From positions 1-46,302 of IMG/VR virus record IMGVR_UViG_3300005056_000005: a stretch of DNA of 46,302 nucleotides. One strand, 5' to 3'. Each line of letters opens with the position of its first letter. The first letter of the stretch is position 1. Shown here in pieces: positions 16,804 to 26,353 of this stretch. The position numbers and the translations under genes were made by a program. This DNA is from a virus. Below the pieces are notes generated by a model. The model saw only the letters and a program-made list of their open reading frames with translations. It had not been told where the DNA came from and made no database searches.

Positions 16804-17400
16804 TTACGCCTCCAGTCTCAGTAGTGATACACCAACGTCGATTTTAACGAACGTATTGCCCACGGGCGCGGTTACTGTCATTCCAAACGAAGTACCCGGC
16901 GGAATAACGATGGCATCGAGCGGAATAGTAATACTCGCGGGCGTCATAGGAATGAGTCTGTCAAGTTTCACATTCCCCGCTAGGGTATCGCCTGTTGATC
17001 CTGTTTTGGCCGTCACTTCTAGGGGTTTTTGAGATCCTAGATTCTGTGAGATAACAAGAGCATCAGTTCCGCCAGTAATTATCGTTCCCGATGTGGGGTT
17101 TGTATAAAAAGAAACAAACCATTCTCCTGCCCCGTCGCTTAGAGTTGACACTATTAATAGTTGAGTAAGCGCCCATCCTATTGTTTCGGGTTCGTTATTT
17201 TGAACGTAAATTACCGGCGTTTCCACATCGTCAGTTAGCGTGATAAATCCATCGGGGCTTATGTTGTATCTGTCGCCCTTGATCGATGCCGCTAAACTGT
17301 TTGAAACCACCTGGGAAAAAGTGGAAAGTTGCCCATCCTCATTAACCCGCGCCGCTTGACTTGTTATCCCGTCCACCACTACTGTTATTCCGCCGCTCAT
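16804..17400 (-). CDS. beta-rich structural protein, paralog A
   Basis: AARVNEDGQLSTFS...GDRYNISP...VIYVQNNEPE...IVIPPGTSFGMTVTAPVGNT aligns with paralog B. Confidence 0.75.
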   Translation of the reverse strand: MSGGITVVVDGITSQAARVNEDGQLSTFSQVVSNSLAASIKGDRYNISPDGFITLTDDVETPVIYVQNNEPETIGWALTQLLIVSTLSDGAGEWFVSFYTNPTSGTIITGGTDALVISQNLGSQKPLEVTAKTGSTGDTLAGNVKLDRLIPMTPASITIPLDAIVIPPGTSFGMTVTAPVGNTFVKIDVGVSLLRLEA

Positions 17401-17573
17401 ACGTCCGTCTCCTCAATGCCAGTCTCTTCTGTTTCTTCATAACGGGCATTTAATAATCTTAACTCGCACACGATAGAACCCAGCATAGCCAAAGAGCGAA
17501 CTCTAAACGCCGCTGCCGACATGATGACCCCTTCATCTTCGGTAACTGTTTCTATCAGTGGCTTCCATGTCAT
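17397..17573 (-). CDS. small hypothetical protein (58 aa)
   Basis: My own translation gives MTWKPLIETVTEDEGVIMSAAAFRVRSLAMLGSIVCELRLLNARYEETEETGIEETDV. It has ATGA overlaps at both ends and fills an otherwise empty gap. Confidence 0.5.
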   Translation of the reverse strand: MTWKPLIETVTEDEGVIMSAAAFRVRSLAMLGSIVCELRLLNARYEETEETGIEETDV

Positions 17574-17848
17574 AGTATTCGCCAGACCTGCAATTTTGCT
17601 TGTTGATTCGGGCTAAATGCCCACGCTCCTTGGTCTCCTGTGCCATTAGTCATCGGTAAATTATTCGGCTGTATCACCTGAAACATATCCGAATCTTTAG
17701 CTGGCTGTAATATCGCTGATGAAAGGTAAACATCGGACGAACCGATGTTATGGACTCCTAATTTAGCACCGACGGGTATTGACGTCGATGCGTAAAGGTC
17801 GGTCCATTCACCTGTCGCCAGCGTGACACTAAGCAGATTAGCTGGCAT
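17570..17848 (-). CDS. hypothetical structural-block protein (92 aa from MPANLLSV)
   Basis: The track ORF 17570..17899 overlaps the upstream gene. The internal ATG at 17848 leaves only an 11-nt overlap. Confidence 0.6.
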   Translation of the reverse strand: MPANLLSVTLATGEWTDLYASTSIPVGAKLGVHNIGSSDVYLSSAILQPAKDSDMFQVIQPNNLPMTNGTGDQGAWAFSPNQQAKLQVWRIL

Positions 17849-18053
17849 TATCTTTGGCTTTTGCTTCGGCTTCGGCTTCGAGATCAAGCATTGGATCATC
17901 TTTCAATGATCGAACGCGACGGCCTAGACCGGCGGCCTGCTTTTCAGTTAGCGTTAATTGAGTACCTTTCTCAATGTGCGATAACTTGCCTTTAACTGCT
18001 AGGTATAGCCGCTTGTGCTCTACTACATGGGTCGGTCTTTTAGGTGCTGCCAT
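17838..18053 (-). CDS. hypothetical protein (71 aa) downstream of the capsid gene
   Basis: An ORF in the operon, 10 nt after the capsid stop. Confidence 0.6.
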   Translation of the reverse strand: MAAPKRPTHVVEHKRLYLAVKGKLSHIEKGTQLTLTEKQAAGLGRRVRSLKDDPMLDLEAEAEAKAKDNAS

Positions 18054-18063
18054 GGTTATCCCC

Positions 18064-19122
18064 TTATCCTAAATCCTGAGCGAAAAACGCGCATGTGTTG
18101 CCAGTAAAATCGGTACGGACTTCATACCCAATCGCTCCCCAAACAACAAACTCATAATTAGAATTATAAACAGGACGAGGCATGGCAACAGTGTTTATTC
18201 CCATTCCAACCATCGGGCGTAGAGAATTAGCGTCGAGCGGGAAGCCCATCAACTCATTGCCGGACAATTTCGAGCTAACTTTAATAGCAGCAACGCCCAT
18301 CAAATCCGCCATTTCCTGCATGATGATTTTAGCGTCATATTGAGTGGAAAATTTGCGTTCAAAGTTGCTCGCGATTTCTCGGCTTACATAATAAGTTAAT
18401 TCTTTTTCGCACTTATTTGTGATCCACATTACATCTCGGATTTGAATAAATGCCGCTTTTATCAAGTCGCCAGAATTTGCGTTGCTTGTAAAATCAAAAT
18501 TGATTCCAGACGCACCGACATTAATAGAAGCAACACGGCTATCGGCTCGCATACCCTGCCAATCGAGGCCATCCAGCTTGATGAAATTTCCAGACGTATC
18601 CTTGTGGCCGTCTAAAAAATTATCAGCAAGTAAACGCCGCAAAGTTGCAACGCTCTCACGCTGATCATCGATTAGAGCGTCAAACCCTTCGGAAGTCATC
18701 GCGTTCCACTCACGCCAATTTCGACTGAAACCGGTATCGTGAATAGGGACGATAGACCCGTCGTACGTGTATTCTGTCTGGTCCATCTTAACGCCGACCT
18801 GCCCAGTCATAGACGTCTGGGCATTGCCAGCATCAGACACTTGGCGAAAACGATGAACCGTTTTACCGATATTAATGGACCGCGATAATGGCAGTAAATC
18901 ATTCAAAAATGTGTCGCCGTCATCAGAGCGAAAACGCTCAACCGTCACGTTGTCGAACTCTTGATAAACGTCACGAGGAATTAAACCCTCGTTAACCGCT
19001 AATCCAGCATTTCGAGCCAGCATGTGATTGTGGTTGTTGGCAAGGCTTCGTGCGGAGCTAACCTCAGTCCACTGATCCCGACCCGCTCGACTATTACCGA
19101 TTATTTCTTTTTGTAAAAGCAT
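18064..19122 (-). CDS. major capsid protein (DUF2184-like type associated with DUF1073 portals)
   Basis: A 352-aa ORF after the DUF2213-like and decoration-like genes. Size and position fit; the family is recalled, not searched. Confidence 0.7.
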   Translation of the reverse strand: MLLQKEIIGNSRAGRDQWTEVSSARSLANNHNHMLARNAGLAVNEGLIPRDVYQEFDNVTVERFRSDDGDTFLNDLLPLSRSINIGKTVHRFRQVSDAGNAQTSMTGQVGVKMDQTEYTYDGSIVPIHDTGFSRNWREWNAMTSEGFDALIDDQRESVATLRRLLADNFLDGHKDTSGNFIKLDGLDWQGMRADSRVASINVGASGINFDFTSNANSGDLIKAAFIQIRDVMWITNKCEKELTYYVSREIASNFERKFSTQYDAKIIMQEMADLMGVAAIKVSSKLSGNELMGFPLDANSLRPMVGMGINTVAMPRPVYNSNYEFVVWGAIGYEVRTDFTGNTCAFFAQDLG

Positions 19123-19133
19123 TGTATTTCCCC

Positions 19134-19607
19134 TTATGCCACTCTAATTCGAACAAGCGCATCGGCGCCGGATACATTGATAATTTCGTCGCTATAGCAA
19201 AGAACTTGCTCGCTAGTAGCCCCCACTGTCGCCGGAACAACGGCTATTTTAAGCAGGCCCGCGCCGTTTAAAGACAGCGGAACACCTTGGGCGGTGATAT
19301 TGTTGCCATCGGCTACTAGCACATTTAAAAAATCACCAGATCGCGCTTTAATGGCAACTATGTTTTCGTTTTGCGTCCAAACCGTGTCAACGCTTAGGCT
19401 TCTCTGTTGATCTTTATCCGCAACAATTAACTCCTGCCCGAATGTTGTAGCGGGACTAACATTCGTCGCCAAACTTGTTCCGCTTCCTTCCAGTACCGTT
19501 CCCGGTAAGACTGAAGCAGTGATAATAATACCCTCGACATTCAAGGGTTTTGCGTTGGACCCATCCGCTGGGCCAATATAAATTAGCCGCTTTCCTTTGA
19601 TAGACAT
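19134..19607 (-). CDS. 157-aa head protein, tandem paralog 2 (decoration/cement-like, DUF2190-like?)
   Basis: About 60% identical by eye to 19619..20092 (MSIKGKRLIYIGPADGSNAKPLNVEG / ELIVADKDQQRS / CYSDEIINV). Confidence 0.8.
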   Translation of the reverse strand: MSIKGKRLIYIGPADGSNAKPLNVEGIIITASVLPGTVLEGSGTSLATNVSPATTFGQELIVADKDQQRSLSVDTVWTQNENIVAIKARSGDFLNVLVADGNNITAQGVPLSLNGAGLLKIAVVPATVGATSEQVLCYSDEIINVSGADALVRIRVA

Positions 19608-19618
19608 TTTAATCTCCT

Positions 19619-20092
19619 CTAAGCAACCCTTACGCGAACAAGCGCGGCGGTGCCAGTTACATTTATGATTTCATCGCTATAACACATAGCCCAATCTAGG
19701 GTGGCTCCAACTGTCACCGGGATATCTGATATCTGAAGAATCCCCGCGCCGTTAACAGACAAAGGTGTCCCATGCTCAGTTATGTCATTGCCAGCAGCAA
19801 CTAGCACATTTAAAAACTCGCCAGATCTTGCTTTTATTCCAACGATAGTTTCGTTTTGCGCCCAAACATCGTCAACAGATTTTGACCTCTGTTGATCTTT
19901 GTCTGCAACAATTAACTCCCTAAAAAAAACGGTAGAATTTTTTTGACTAACGCGAAGGCCACCCGGAACGGCTTCTAAAATAGTTCCGGGTTTTGCGGTG
20001 GAGACAGTCAAAAGCCCCTCGACATTCAAAGGCTTGTGATTAGAGCCGTCCGCCGGACCAACATAGATCGATCGCTTTCCTATGATAGACAT
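19619..20092 (-). CDS. 157-aa head protein, tandem paralog 1
   Basis: See 19134..19607. The length is identical and the blocks are conserved. Confidence 0.8.
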   Translation of the reverse strand: MSIIGKRSIYVGPADGSNHKPLNVEGLLTVSTAKPGTILEAVPGGLRVSQKNSTVFFRELIVADKDQQRSKSVDDVWAQNETIVGIKARSGEFLNVLVAAGNDITEHGTPLSVNGAGILQISDIPVTVGATLDWAMCYSDEIINVTGTAALVRVRVA

Positions 20093-20104
20093 TTTTTAAT
20101 CTCC

Positions 20105-21412
20105 TTAAGCAGGCATGTCAGCAGGTGCGGCAAATTGATCGTCCTGGCCACCGGAATTAATAACTGGTGACAAGCCAAAGGACGGCGAACAATTAGCCGC
20201 AAATTCCTTTAGTTTTTCCACTGGTAACAGCTTAGCGCTTTCAATATCCATTCCTGGGTATTTACCACTGTTAACAATAACGTCAGCAAGACCGGCAATT
20301 TCAGCAAGGCCAGTCTCGGCTTGTGACGACTGCAACGCTTCTACTTGAGCGCCCAATGGTTTGATAGCTTCTGCCACGGCATTGGCTACAACGGTCGCCA
20401 CGTCTTCTTTAGCCGGGGGTTGTTCTTCGTTAACGCTAAGTTTAGCGTGAGCGTCCATCAACTCGGTATCGGACAATCCCTCTGTCTCGACACCCGCAGC
20501 CTTGAGCGCATTTATAATCATTTCCTTCATGATGTCACCTTTTTGGTGGTTGGTTTTTGGGGTGAATGTGACATTGCGCTCAACAGGTAACGGAATGCCA
20601 ACTACGGTGGCGATGCCCTGTTCGTCAACAACGAACGGAACATCAAATAAGTTGTCTCCTGACCGGAAAATAACGTGGTCAGGAAATAATTCTTCTATAA
20701 AGCTGACGCTAAAAGCCGAACGCTCTAACGCATCGTTTACGGCTTGATGTAGGTCGCTAACGGATTGATCTTGATTAGCGTCAAGCTGAAATTTATTAAC
20801 CTCGAATTCATCACCGGCTTGATTGACAGCCATTCCAACGCCCTGGTGGGGTTGTGCTGCGCCTACGTTATCTAAAAGAATTGCGTCATGATCGAACACC
20901 ATATCCCGTGCAATCCACGTATATTTTTGCCCCTCGGCATTGGTTTTAGGTTCGTCCAACTCTTCGACATCTAAAAACACCCCAGTGGATGTATGAATGG
21001 GCCGGGGGTTATCGTTAGTTTCAAGTTCATTAACTCGGTCTAGCAGACGTTTACCGCGTTCTGTTTTTAACGCCTCTTGCACATTAATAAATTTATCAAT
21101 ATGGACACGCCCGCCTTCACGCTTAACGTTTTTATTAAACGCCCCCGCGTGAAAATTATGGATAGCCCTGGCATCATTTGCAGGTAAAAACTTGCCGTCA
21201 ATTTCAGGATGCTCGACCGGCGCCAAAGTCCCTTCCAAGGTTTCAAAACTAATCGCGATTTCATCCGCAGGGTATAGGCCGCCATTCATCACAATATCAT
21301 CAGGCAAAGTTGCGGAACTCACAATAATGTGCTCTACTCCGTCAAGAGTTTCGCGCCGAATCGAATCAGAATTAACTTTAGTCCGGCATTGAATCAATAT
21401 TCGCTTAGGCAT
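20105..21412 (-). CDS. DUF2213-like prohead scaffold/protease-type protein
   Basis: N-terminus IRRETLDGVEHIIVSSATLPDDIVMNGGLYPADEI resembles DUF2213. It lies between the MuF-like gene and the capsid genes. Confidence 0.5.
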   Translation of the reverse strand: MPKRILIQCRTKVNSDSIRRETLDGVEHIIVSSATLPDDIVMNGGLYPADEIAISFETLEGTLAPVEHPEIDGKFLPANDARAIHNFHAGAFNKNVKREGGRVHIDKFINVQEALKTERGKRLLDRVNELETNDNPRPIHTSTGVFLDVEELDEPKTNAEGQKYTWIARDMVFDHDAILLDNVGAAQPHQGVGMAVNQAGDEFEVNKFQLDANQDQSVSDLHQAVNDALERSAFSVSFIEELFPDHVIFRSGDNLFDVPFVVDEQGIATVVGIPLPVERNVTFTPKTNHQKGDIMKEMIINALKAAGVETEGLSDTELMDAHAKLSVNEEQPPAKEDVATVVANAVAEAIKPLGAQVEALQSSQAETGLAEIAGLADVIVNSGKYPGMDIESAKLLPVEKLKEFAANCSPSFGLSPVINSGGQDDQFAAPADMPA

Positions 21413-22346
21413 TAGCTACCCTCTCCTCCTTAATTTCGTCTTGTAGTTCTGACTGCACCACGTTACCACGTCTGTCAAGTAGTATCGAGCGCGTCGTACA
21501 TTTACAGTTAATTCTATTCGCCCCGCTATCCCACCACTGTGTTTGATCTACAACAGTGTAGGCGTTGCCGTGCCTGGCCGCATGGTGTCGGCGGGTTGTC
21601 GGTGTCAGCGCTGAAATATGAATCACCGCCGCTCTTAGCCCCGTCTCATCCGTCATAATGTCAGTGGCATTTAGTTTTGCGTCGTTATAAGCTTTATTAA
21701 CCTCAGTTTCCGCGATGCGCTTAGCGCTCGCTTTGGAAACGTCGAAACGTTCAGCAATGTCATTACCAATAGCCGTAGGGGTTAATCCTGACGATATGCC
21801 CGCATTGATCCGCTGTATAACCTGTGATGCCGTGTTATTACTAAGCGTTTTTATGCTCGTAAAGTTAGAAACATAAGCCTTATTTAATTCTGTTCTGTAA
21901 AATTCAGAAAATACAATTCTTTCAAACGGTACGGTTTGAGGTGGCAAGCCTCGGACTACTGCACCGGCAATAACTGCCCCGGCAACCAACTGATTAAAAT
22001 CCCGCACTTCTTCAAGCGTGCCTTGCCGGTACGGTGGCTCTATATTATCTTGCCAATACCATCTAAACGGTTTTATATCGGTTTGAGTCTCGAGTAACTC
22101 TTCATTAAGAATGAACCGAATCGATCTATCTAGCTGCTCTTGATCCTGGGCACTTAATTCGTAATCATAAAAAACGGTTTGCTCTGCGTTCTGAATTTTA
22201 ACTATACGCCTGCGCACGCGGGGGATGGCGCGAACCAATTCTTTAACCCTAGACTCTGCACGAGTTAACCTAGCAGTTAGCCGCCGCGTTCCTTTGTTAC
22301 GGTTTCCTGCTTGCCCTGTAGGGTCGGCTCTAGTCTTCTTTGCCAT
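21405..22346 (-). CDS. head morphogenesis protein (Phage_Mu_F / SPP1 gp7 family)
   Basis: IAETEVNKAYNDAKLNA ... HISALTPTTRRHHAARHGNAYT ... CKCT matches MuF-family motifs. It follows the portal gene. Confidence 0.75.
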   Translation of the reverse strand: MAKKTRADPTGQAGNRNKGTRRLTARLTRAESRVKELVRAIPRVRRRIVKIQNAEQTVFYDYELSAQDQEQLDRSIRFILNEELLETQTDIKPFRWYWQDNIEPPYRQGTLEEVRDFNQLVAGAVIAGAVVRGLPPQTVPFERIVFSEFYRTELNKAYVSNFTSIKTLSNNTASQVIQRINAGISSGLTPTAIGNDIAERFDVSKASAKRIAETEVNKAYNDAKLNATDIMTDETGLRAAVIHISALTPTTRRHHAARHGNAYTVVDQTQWWDSGANRINCKCTTRSILLDRRGNVVQSELQDEIKEERVANA

Positions 22347-22648
22347 TACGAAAAAACCCTAAAAAGGAAGTCTCTAATTGGTCCTCTTGGATTCGTCGTC
22401 TCATAGATAGGCCCGGCAGGTTTTGGAACTAAAGCGTTGAGGTCGGAATCACCAAATACTCTGTCGTGTAACTCCTTTACTCTGCCCAATAACTCGGCGG
22501 AGGGTTCAACATTTTGAGCTTGTAGGCTTTGCGTCTCCAATATAGTCAATCTCAACCTTTCCTGATTATTGGCTTTTACCTGTTCGAAAGTGCTCATTTT
22601 TGCAAGTGCAATTTGCGCTTTAACGTTAGGCATCTTCTTCCTCGGCAT
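22346..22648 (-). CDS. hypothetical protein (100 aa)
   Basis: An ORF between the portal and MuF-like genes. The start is uncertain (alternative MPNVKAQ at 22633). Confidence 0.6.
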   Translation of the reverse strand: MPRKKMPNVKAQIALAKMSTFEQVKANNQERLRLTILETQSLQAQNVEPSAELLGRVKELHDRVFGDSDLNALVPKPAGPIYETTNPRGPIRDFLFRVFS

Positions 22649-23984
22649 CGTCTAACTCTTCGTTGCCTGGGTTTTCTTCCGCTCCAGGCTCATGCCCGGC
22701 AGCTTCTCTAATATCGTCACCTGTAAACGGGATATCCCCACCCGATCTAAATTGTTTTTCATTAACGCTAGCCATCATGTCAGCATTAGATAATTTTTCT
22801 TCATCGGATCGAGCCAGTAAATCATCCCATTCAATCTCATATTCACTAGCCGGCAATATACCGAATTCAATTAACCAATCGAATACATTGCGGGTCATTT
22901 CTGTCATGAAATCCAAACGACGCGATTGAACTCCAGCCAAAAAGTGTTTGCCGTCTTCAGTGCTCGCAAGTCTGCCTGTCTGTTTTCCTATTAGAATAGT
23001 GGCGGGAATTTTAACGCTAGCGGCCACGTCATTCAGAGCAACGTCAAAAAACCCAGTAGGGTTCATAAGATTCGACGTTAATGTATTTGCCTCCATGCCA
23101 GGCGTCCACATAGCGCGCCGATGGCGGTTGCGAGTGAAATCATCATACTGTTCATTAAATTGTTCTAATTTGTCTTTATAAACCGAGGCGCTAGCCGGGT
23201 CAGTCAGATTAAAAATGGTGCTTTGAGCTGAATTTTTATAAAATCCCTCGCCACCCCCACCTATAATTTTTCTTAAATCCATCAGCGAATTATAGCCGGC
23301 TTCTAACGCGGGAATTCCGTAAATCCAACCGTTGTCGCTGTCTTCTGCCGCGAATACAATGCGGCTGGCATGAATGTTAATCGTGTCGTTAGCTTCTTCG
23401 TTCCGACTGCCTGTAATTGATTGACTGTACTGCAACATAATAGGCTGTCCGAAAGTATCGCTTGTAGCGTCCGTGTCCGACTCTATGACTTCCAGTTGAG
23501 ATTCATAAAGTGGCATCATTTCAACCAATACCGCCTCGCCGTTTAACTTTCCCTCCAGTGGGTGATCAGGTGTTTTTCCGTCTCTCACGCGCATGAACAT
23601 TCCGGCATAACGGCCCACGCGTTGGCGAGTATCGAGTCCTTTTAGCCGTGTCCACAAGTTGATTCTGGAATTCAGTTTTTCAACATCCTTGTTAAACTGA
23701 TCATTCCCTGTCACTTCAGGCGGAGTGCTCCACCCTGTATTCACTGGCAGTTCAACCGCATTCTTAGCGATACCAAAACGGCGATACATATTCCAAAAGT
23801 TAAAAAAGTCTAGCTTATCTGGATATCCGTAATCTAAATAAACATTGTGGAGCGTGTCGCCAAAATCATACCCGCCAGATAAAACTTGCGCCATTCTCTG
23901 CCTGATATCACGACCAGAAGCGGTAGAGTTAGCCATTAATTCCGAGGCCATCGTGTGAAGCTCATTAAGTTTTTCGTCACTCAC
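22626..23984 (-). CDS. portal protein (DUF1073 / HI1409 family)
   Basis: A 452-aa ORF with N-terminal GYDFGDTLHNVYLDYGYPDKLDFFNFWNMYRRFGIAKNAVELP and an acidic C-terminus, as in DUF1073 portals. Confidence 0.8.
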   Translation of the reverse strand: MSDEKLNELHTMASELMANSTASGRDIRQRMAQVLSGGYDFGDTLHNVYLDYGYPDKLDFFNFWNMYRRFGIAKNAVELPVNTGWSTPPEVTGNDQFNKDVEKLNSRINLWTRLKGLDTRQRVGRYAGMFMRVRDGKTPDHPLEGKLNGEAVLVEMMPLYESQLEVIESDTDATSDTFGQPIMLQYSQSITGSRNEEANDTINIHASRIVFAAEDSDNGWIYGIPALEAGYNSLMDLRKIIGGGGEGFYKNSAQSTIFNLTDPASASVYKDKLEQFNEQYDDFTRNRHRRAMWTPGMEANTLTSNLMNPTGFFDVALNDVAASVKIPATILIGKQTGRLASTEDGKHFLAGVQSRRLDFMTEMTRNVFDWLIEFGILPASEYEIEWDDLLARSDEEKLSNADMMASVNEKQFRSGGDIPFTGDDIREAAGHEPGAEENPGNEELDDAEEEDA

Positions 23985-24301
23985 GTTGTCCGCCTATTCG
24001 TAGCTCTGATTTGTAAATCTTGATCGGTCAATACATTACCCCCGCCATCTTTCGCAACGATGTTAACGCGATAATTAACGCCCTCAGTTAATCCCAGCGT
24101 TGCGGATGTGACGCCACGGTAAATACTAGTAACCGAATCGAAAGGCATGGCTAACGGCCACGTTTCGCCAGTTACTTCCACGTCATCAGGATCAAAAATA
24201 GTACCCGTGACGGTAGCGTCAATGATCAGATCAGTACTACCACATGCGGTTAAATCTGAAAGCTCCAAACATGATGGGTTATCTATAAAAAGCGCTGTCA
24301 T
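23981..24301 (-). CDS. hypothetical beta-rich protein (106 aa), accessory insert
   Basis: An ORF with ATGA-type overlaps on both sides. Confidence 0.7.
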   Translation of the reverse strand: MTALFIDNPSCLELSDLTACGSTDLIIDATVTGTIFDPDDVEVTGETWPLAMPFDSVTSIYRGVTSATLGLTEGVNYRVNIVAKDGGGNVLTDQDLQIRATNRRTT

Positions 24302-25503
24302 AATATGTCAACCATGGCAGTATAAGCGGGGATTATATTCGATTGTCCCCCATAAGCTGGGAAAATGTCAATTTCAGCAGTAGCCGCGATTAATGCGGCG
24401 CCTGTTGATATCGCCGCCGCTGTACTGTCGCCAGCCTCAGCCACGTTTGCCGTGATGCTAACAATGTTATTCAGCGTGGCGCTTGTGGTGTCGCCCGCCT
24501 CGTTGACATTGGCAGTTATTTGAGATAGGCCGCCAACTGTGAGACTGGCCGCCGTGGTATCGCCAGCCTCGGCTACGTTAGCGCTAATGCTAACAATGTT
24601 ATTTAGAGTAGCTGTTGTTGTATCGCCTGCTTCGGCTTGATTGGCGGTAATGCTAACGATGGTGGCCAGTGCCGCGGTTGTGGCGTCTCCTGCTTCGGCC
24701 ACGTTAGCGTTAATACTAACAATGTTATTCAGTGCGGCGGTTGTGGCGTCTCCTGCTTCTGCTACGCTTGCGGAAACACTAACAGTAACCTCGAGGGCAG
24801 CGGATGTAGTATCACCAGCCTCATCAACGTCCGCGGTAATTGTGCTTCCGCTAGCCGCGGCTTCCTGCACTAATACAGTGGTAGGAATGCCTCGTCTCGT
24901 AGCTGATAACGTAAAAGCGCCGGGATCTTCGCTGGACACAGACGTTATCGCCCTAGTACAAAATGCTAGGGAGCATTGAGAGCCAGAGACGCCAGACCTA
25001 GTAACACCAGTGTTAATATAACTTGATGGGTAGCTATTAACGTCTGAATTGTGAGTGTCAAACGGCAATACAGCAAACGATAAAATATCCGCCGCGCCGC
25101 CGGTTACATTAACGCTCGGTGGGTCATGAGTAACAGTGTTGCCACCGTTAGTGACTGTTCCTACATCGGGGGCCTGTGTAGCAAAACTTAGGTGTCCCGA
25201 TATTCTGTACGCGCGAGCCGTGAATTCCCCGGAGACTGTAGCAGTTACCGTGATAGACGACGGCTCAGACGCTCCCGCCTGTTTATAGGCCGCTGCGCCG
25301 CTGGAAAAACCGTCGTCGTCGTTTAAATCGTATAACTCGGTATAGCCGTCTGACCATGAGACCGTGCCAGTCCCACCATTATCTCTCGATAGAAAAATAA
25401 GGACGCCCTCACCCTCAAGGGGTGAACCCGTTAAAATCGTGAATGACGTGGTAGCGTTGTCGTCATTGCTGGGAGTTTCAGCAACTATCGTGGGGGATGC
25501 CAT
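24298..25503 (-). CDS. 401-aa protein: N-terminal beta domain plus seven ~20-aa EAGD tandem repeats
   Basis: The repeats have the form I(T/S)ANVAEAGD(T/A)T(T/S)A(A/T)LNNIVS. It lies between terL and the portal gene. Confidence 0.8.
   Translation of the reverse strand: MASPTIVAETPSNDDNATTSFTILTGSPLEGEGVLIFLSRDNGGTGTVSWSDGYTELYDLNDDDGFSSGAAAYKQAGASEPSSITVTATVSGEFTARAYRISGHLSFATQAPDVGTVTNGGNTVTHDPPSVNVTGGAADILSFAVLPFDTHNSDVNSYPSSYINTGVTRSGVSGSQCSLAFCTRAITSVSSEDPGAFTLSATRRGIPTTVLVQEAAASGSTITADVDEAGDTTSAALEVTVSVSASVAEAGDATTAALNNIVSINANVAEAGDATTAALATIVSITANQAEAGDTTTATLNNIVSISANVAEAGDTTAASLTVGGLSQITANVNEAGDTTSATLNNIVSITANVAEAGDSTAAAISTGAALIAATAEIDIFPAYGGQSNIIPAYTAMVDIL
24406..24840. repeat. seven diverged ~60-bp tandem repeats (coding, EAGD repeats)
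   Basis: The recurring gctaacaatgttattyag...gtrtcgccwgcytc units are visible in the sequence. Confidence 0.8.
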
Positions 25504-25955
25504 TAACCTATTTTATCCACTGCATCGACTAAATCGGCACGCAACCCGGTCAGGTCGCCCGGCGTGTCATATGTTGAGCCGCCCGGCGTGATCTCCTCGT
25601 AAATCACTTTATTAGAACCGTTTCGCGGGAATAACGCGGATGCGGCAGTTAGCACCACTGCTATTGCATCACGTGAAGCGGCAACCTCGACGTTGTAATC
25701 AGCCTGGTTCAGCTCGGCCAGCGCTTTAGTATTGATATTAGTTATAAATCCAGCGCCCCATGTAGCTGGGTCCGCTAGACCGTTGTAAATACCGCGCAAC
25801 TGATTCATCAACCCTTTAGATAAATTACCAAAATCCAGATTGCCCCCGTCTATTGCAGTGATTGCCCTTGAGCAAGTGCCGGAAGCGTTATCTAACAGGC
25901 CTTGGGTAGTACTAAATACACTGTGAACCGATTCTTGTGTTGCTTTTGTGCTCAT
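25503..25955 (-). CDS. hypothetical protein (150 aa), accessory insert
   Basis: An ORF in the operon whose stop overlaps the next start. Confidence 0.7.
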   Translation of the reverse strand: MSTKATQESVHSVFSTTQGLLDNASGTCSRAITAIDGGNLDFGNLSKGLMNQLRGIYNGLADPATWGAGFITNINTKALAELNQADYNVEVAASRDAIAVVLTAASALFPRNGSNKVIYEEITPGGSTYDTPGDLTGLRADLVDAVDKIG

Positions 25956-25957
25956 TG

Positions 25958-26353
25958 TTAGACCCCATCATCATATGCAGCTGTATTAACCCAGTTGCCA
26001 GACATTGTTACCGCCTGGCCCGCTGTTATTGATGCGTTGTCGATTGTCACACCGTCGCCAGTGAACGAACCAGACTCTAAAAATACAGAACCAGACGTGT
26101 TAATCTGCCAATGCCCTGCGGTGCCTGTTGCGTCCGCGCTAGAATCTTCAGTGATTGCGCTCGATGTTAAAACGCCATTGGTGGGTGTTCCCCATCCTCC
26201 AGCATTCCCGGTTAACTGAGCTAACAGCGTGCCTTGGCCGCCTGTGCCAGCGTTAACCCCTGACCTAACTTGCACCTCAGCACTTGAGCCACGCTGGGTA
26301 TTTATCGGAGTTATAATCGCATTTCTGAATGCGTCAGTTCTAAAGATAGCCAT
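25958..26353 (-). CDS. hypothetical Gly/Thr-rich protein (131 aa), accessory insert
   Basis: An ORF in the operon whose start overlaps the upstream stop. Confidence 0.7.
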   Translation of the reverse strand: MAIFRTDAFRNAIITPINTQRGSSAEVQVRSGVNAGTGGQGTLLAQLTGNAGGWGTPTNGVLTSSAITEDSSADATGTAGHWQINTSGSVFLESGSFTGDGVTIDNASITAGQAVTMSGNWVNTAAYDDGV

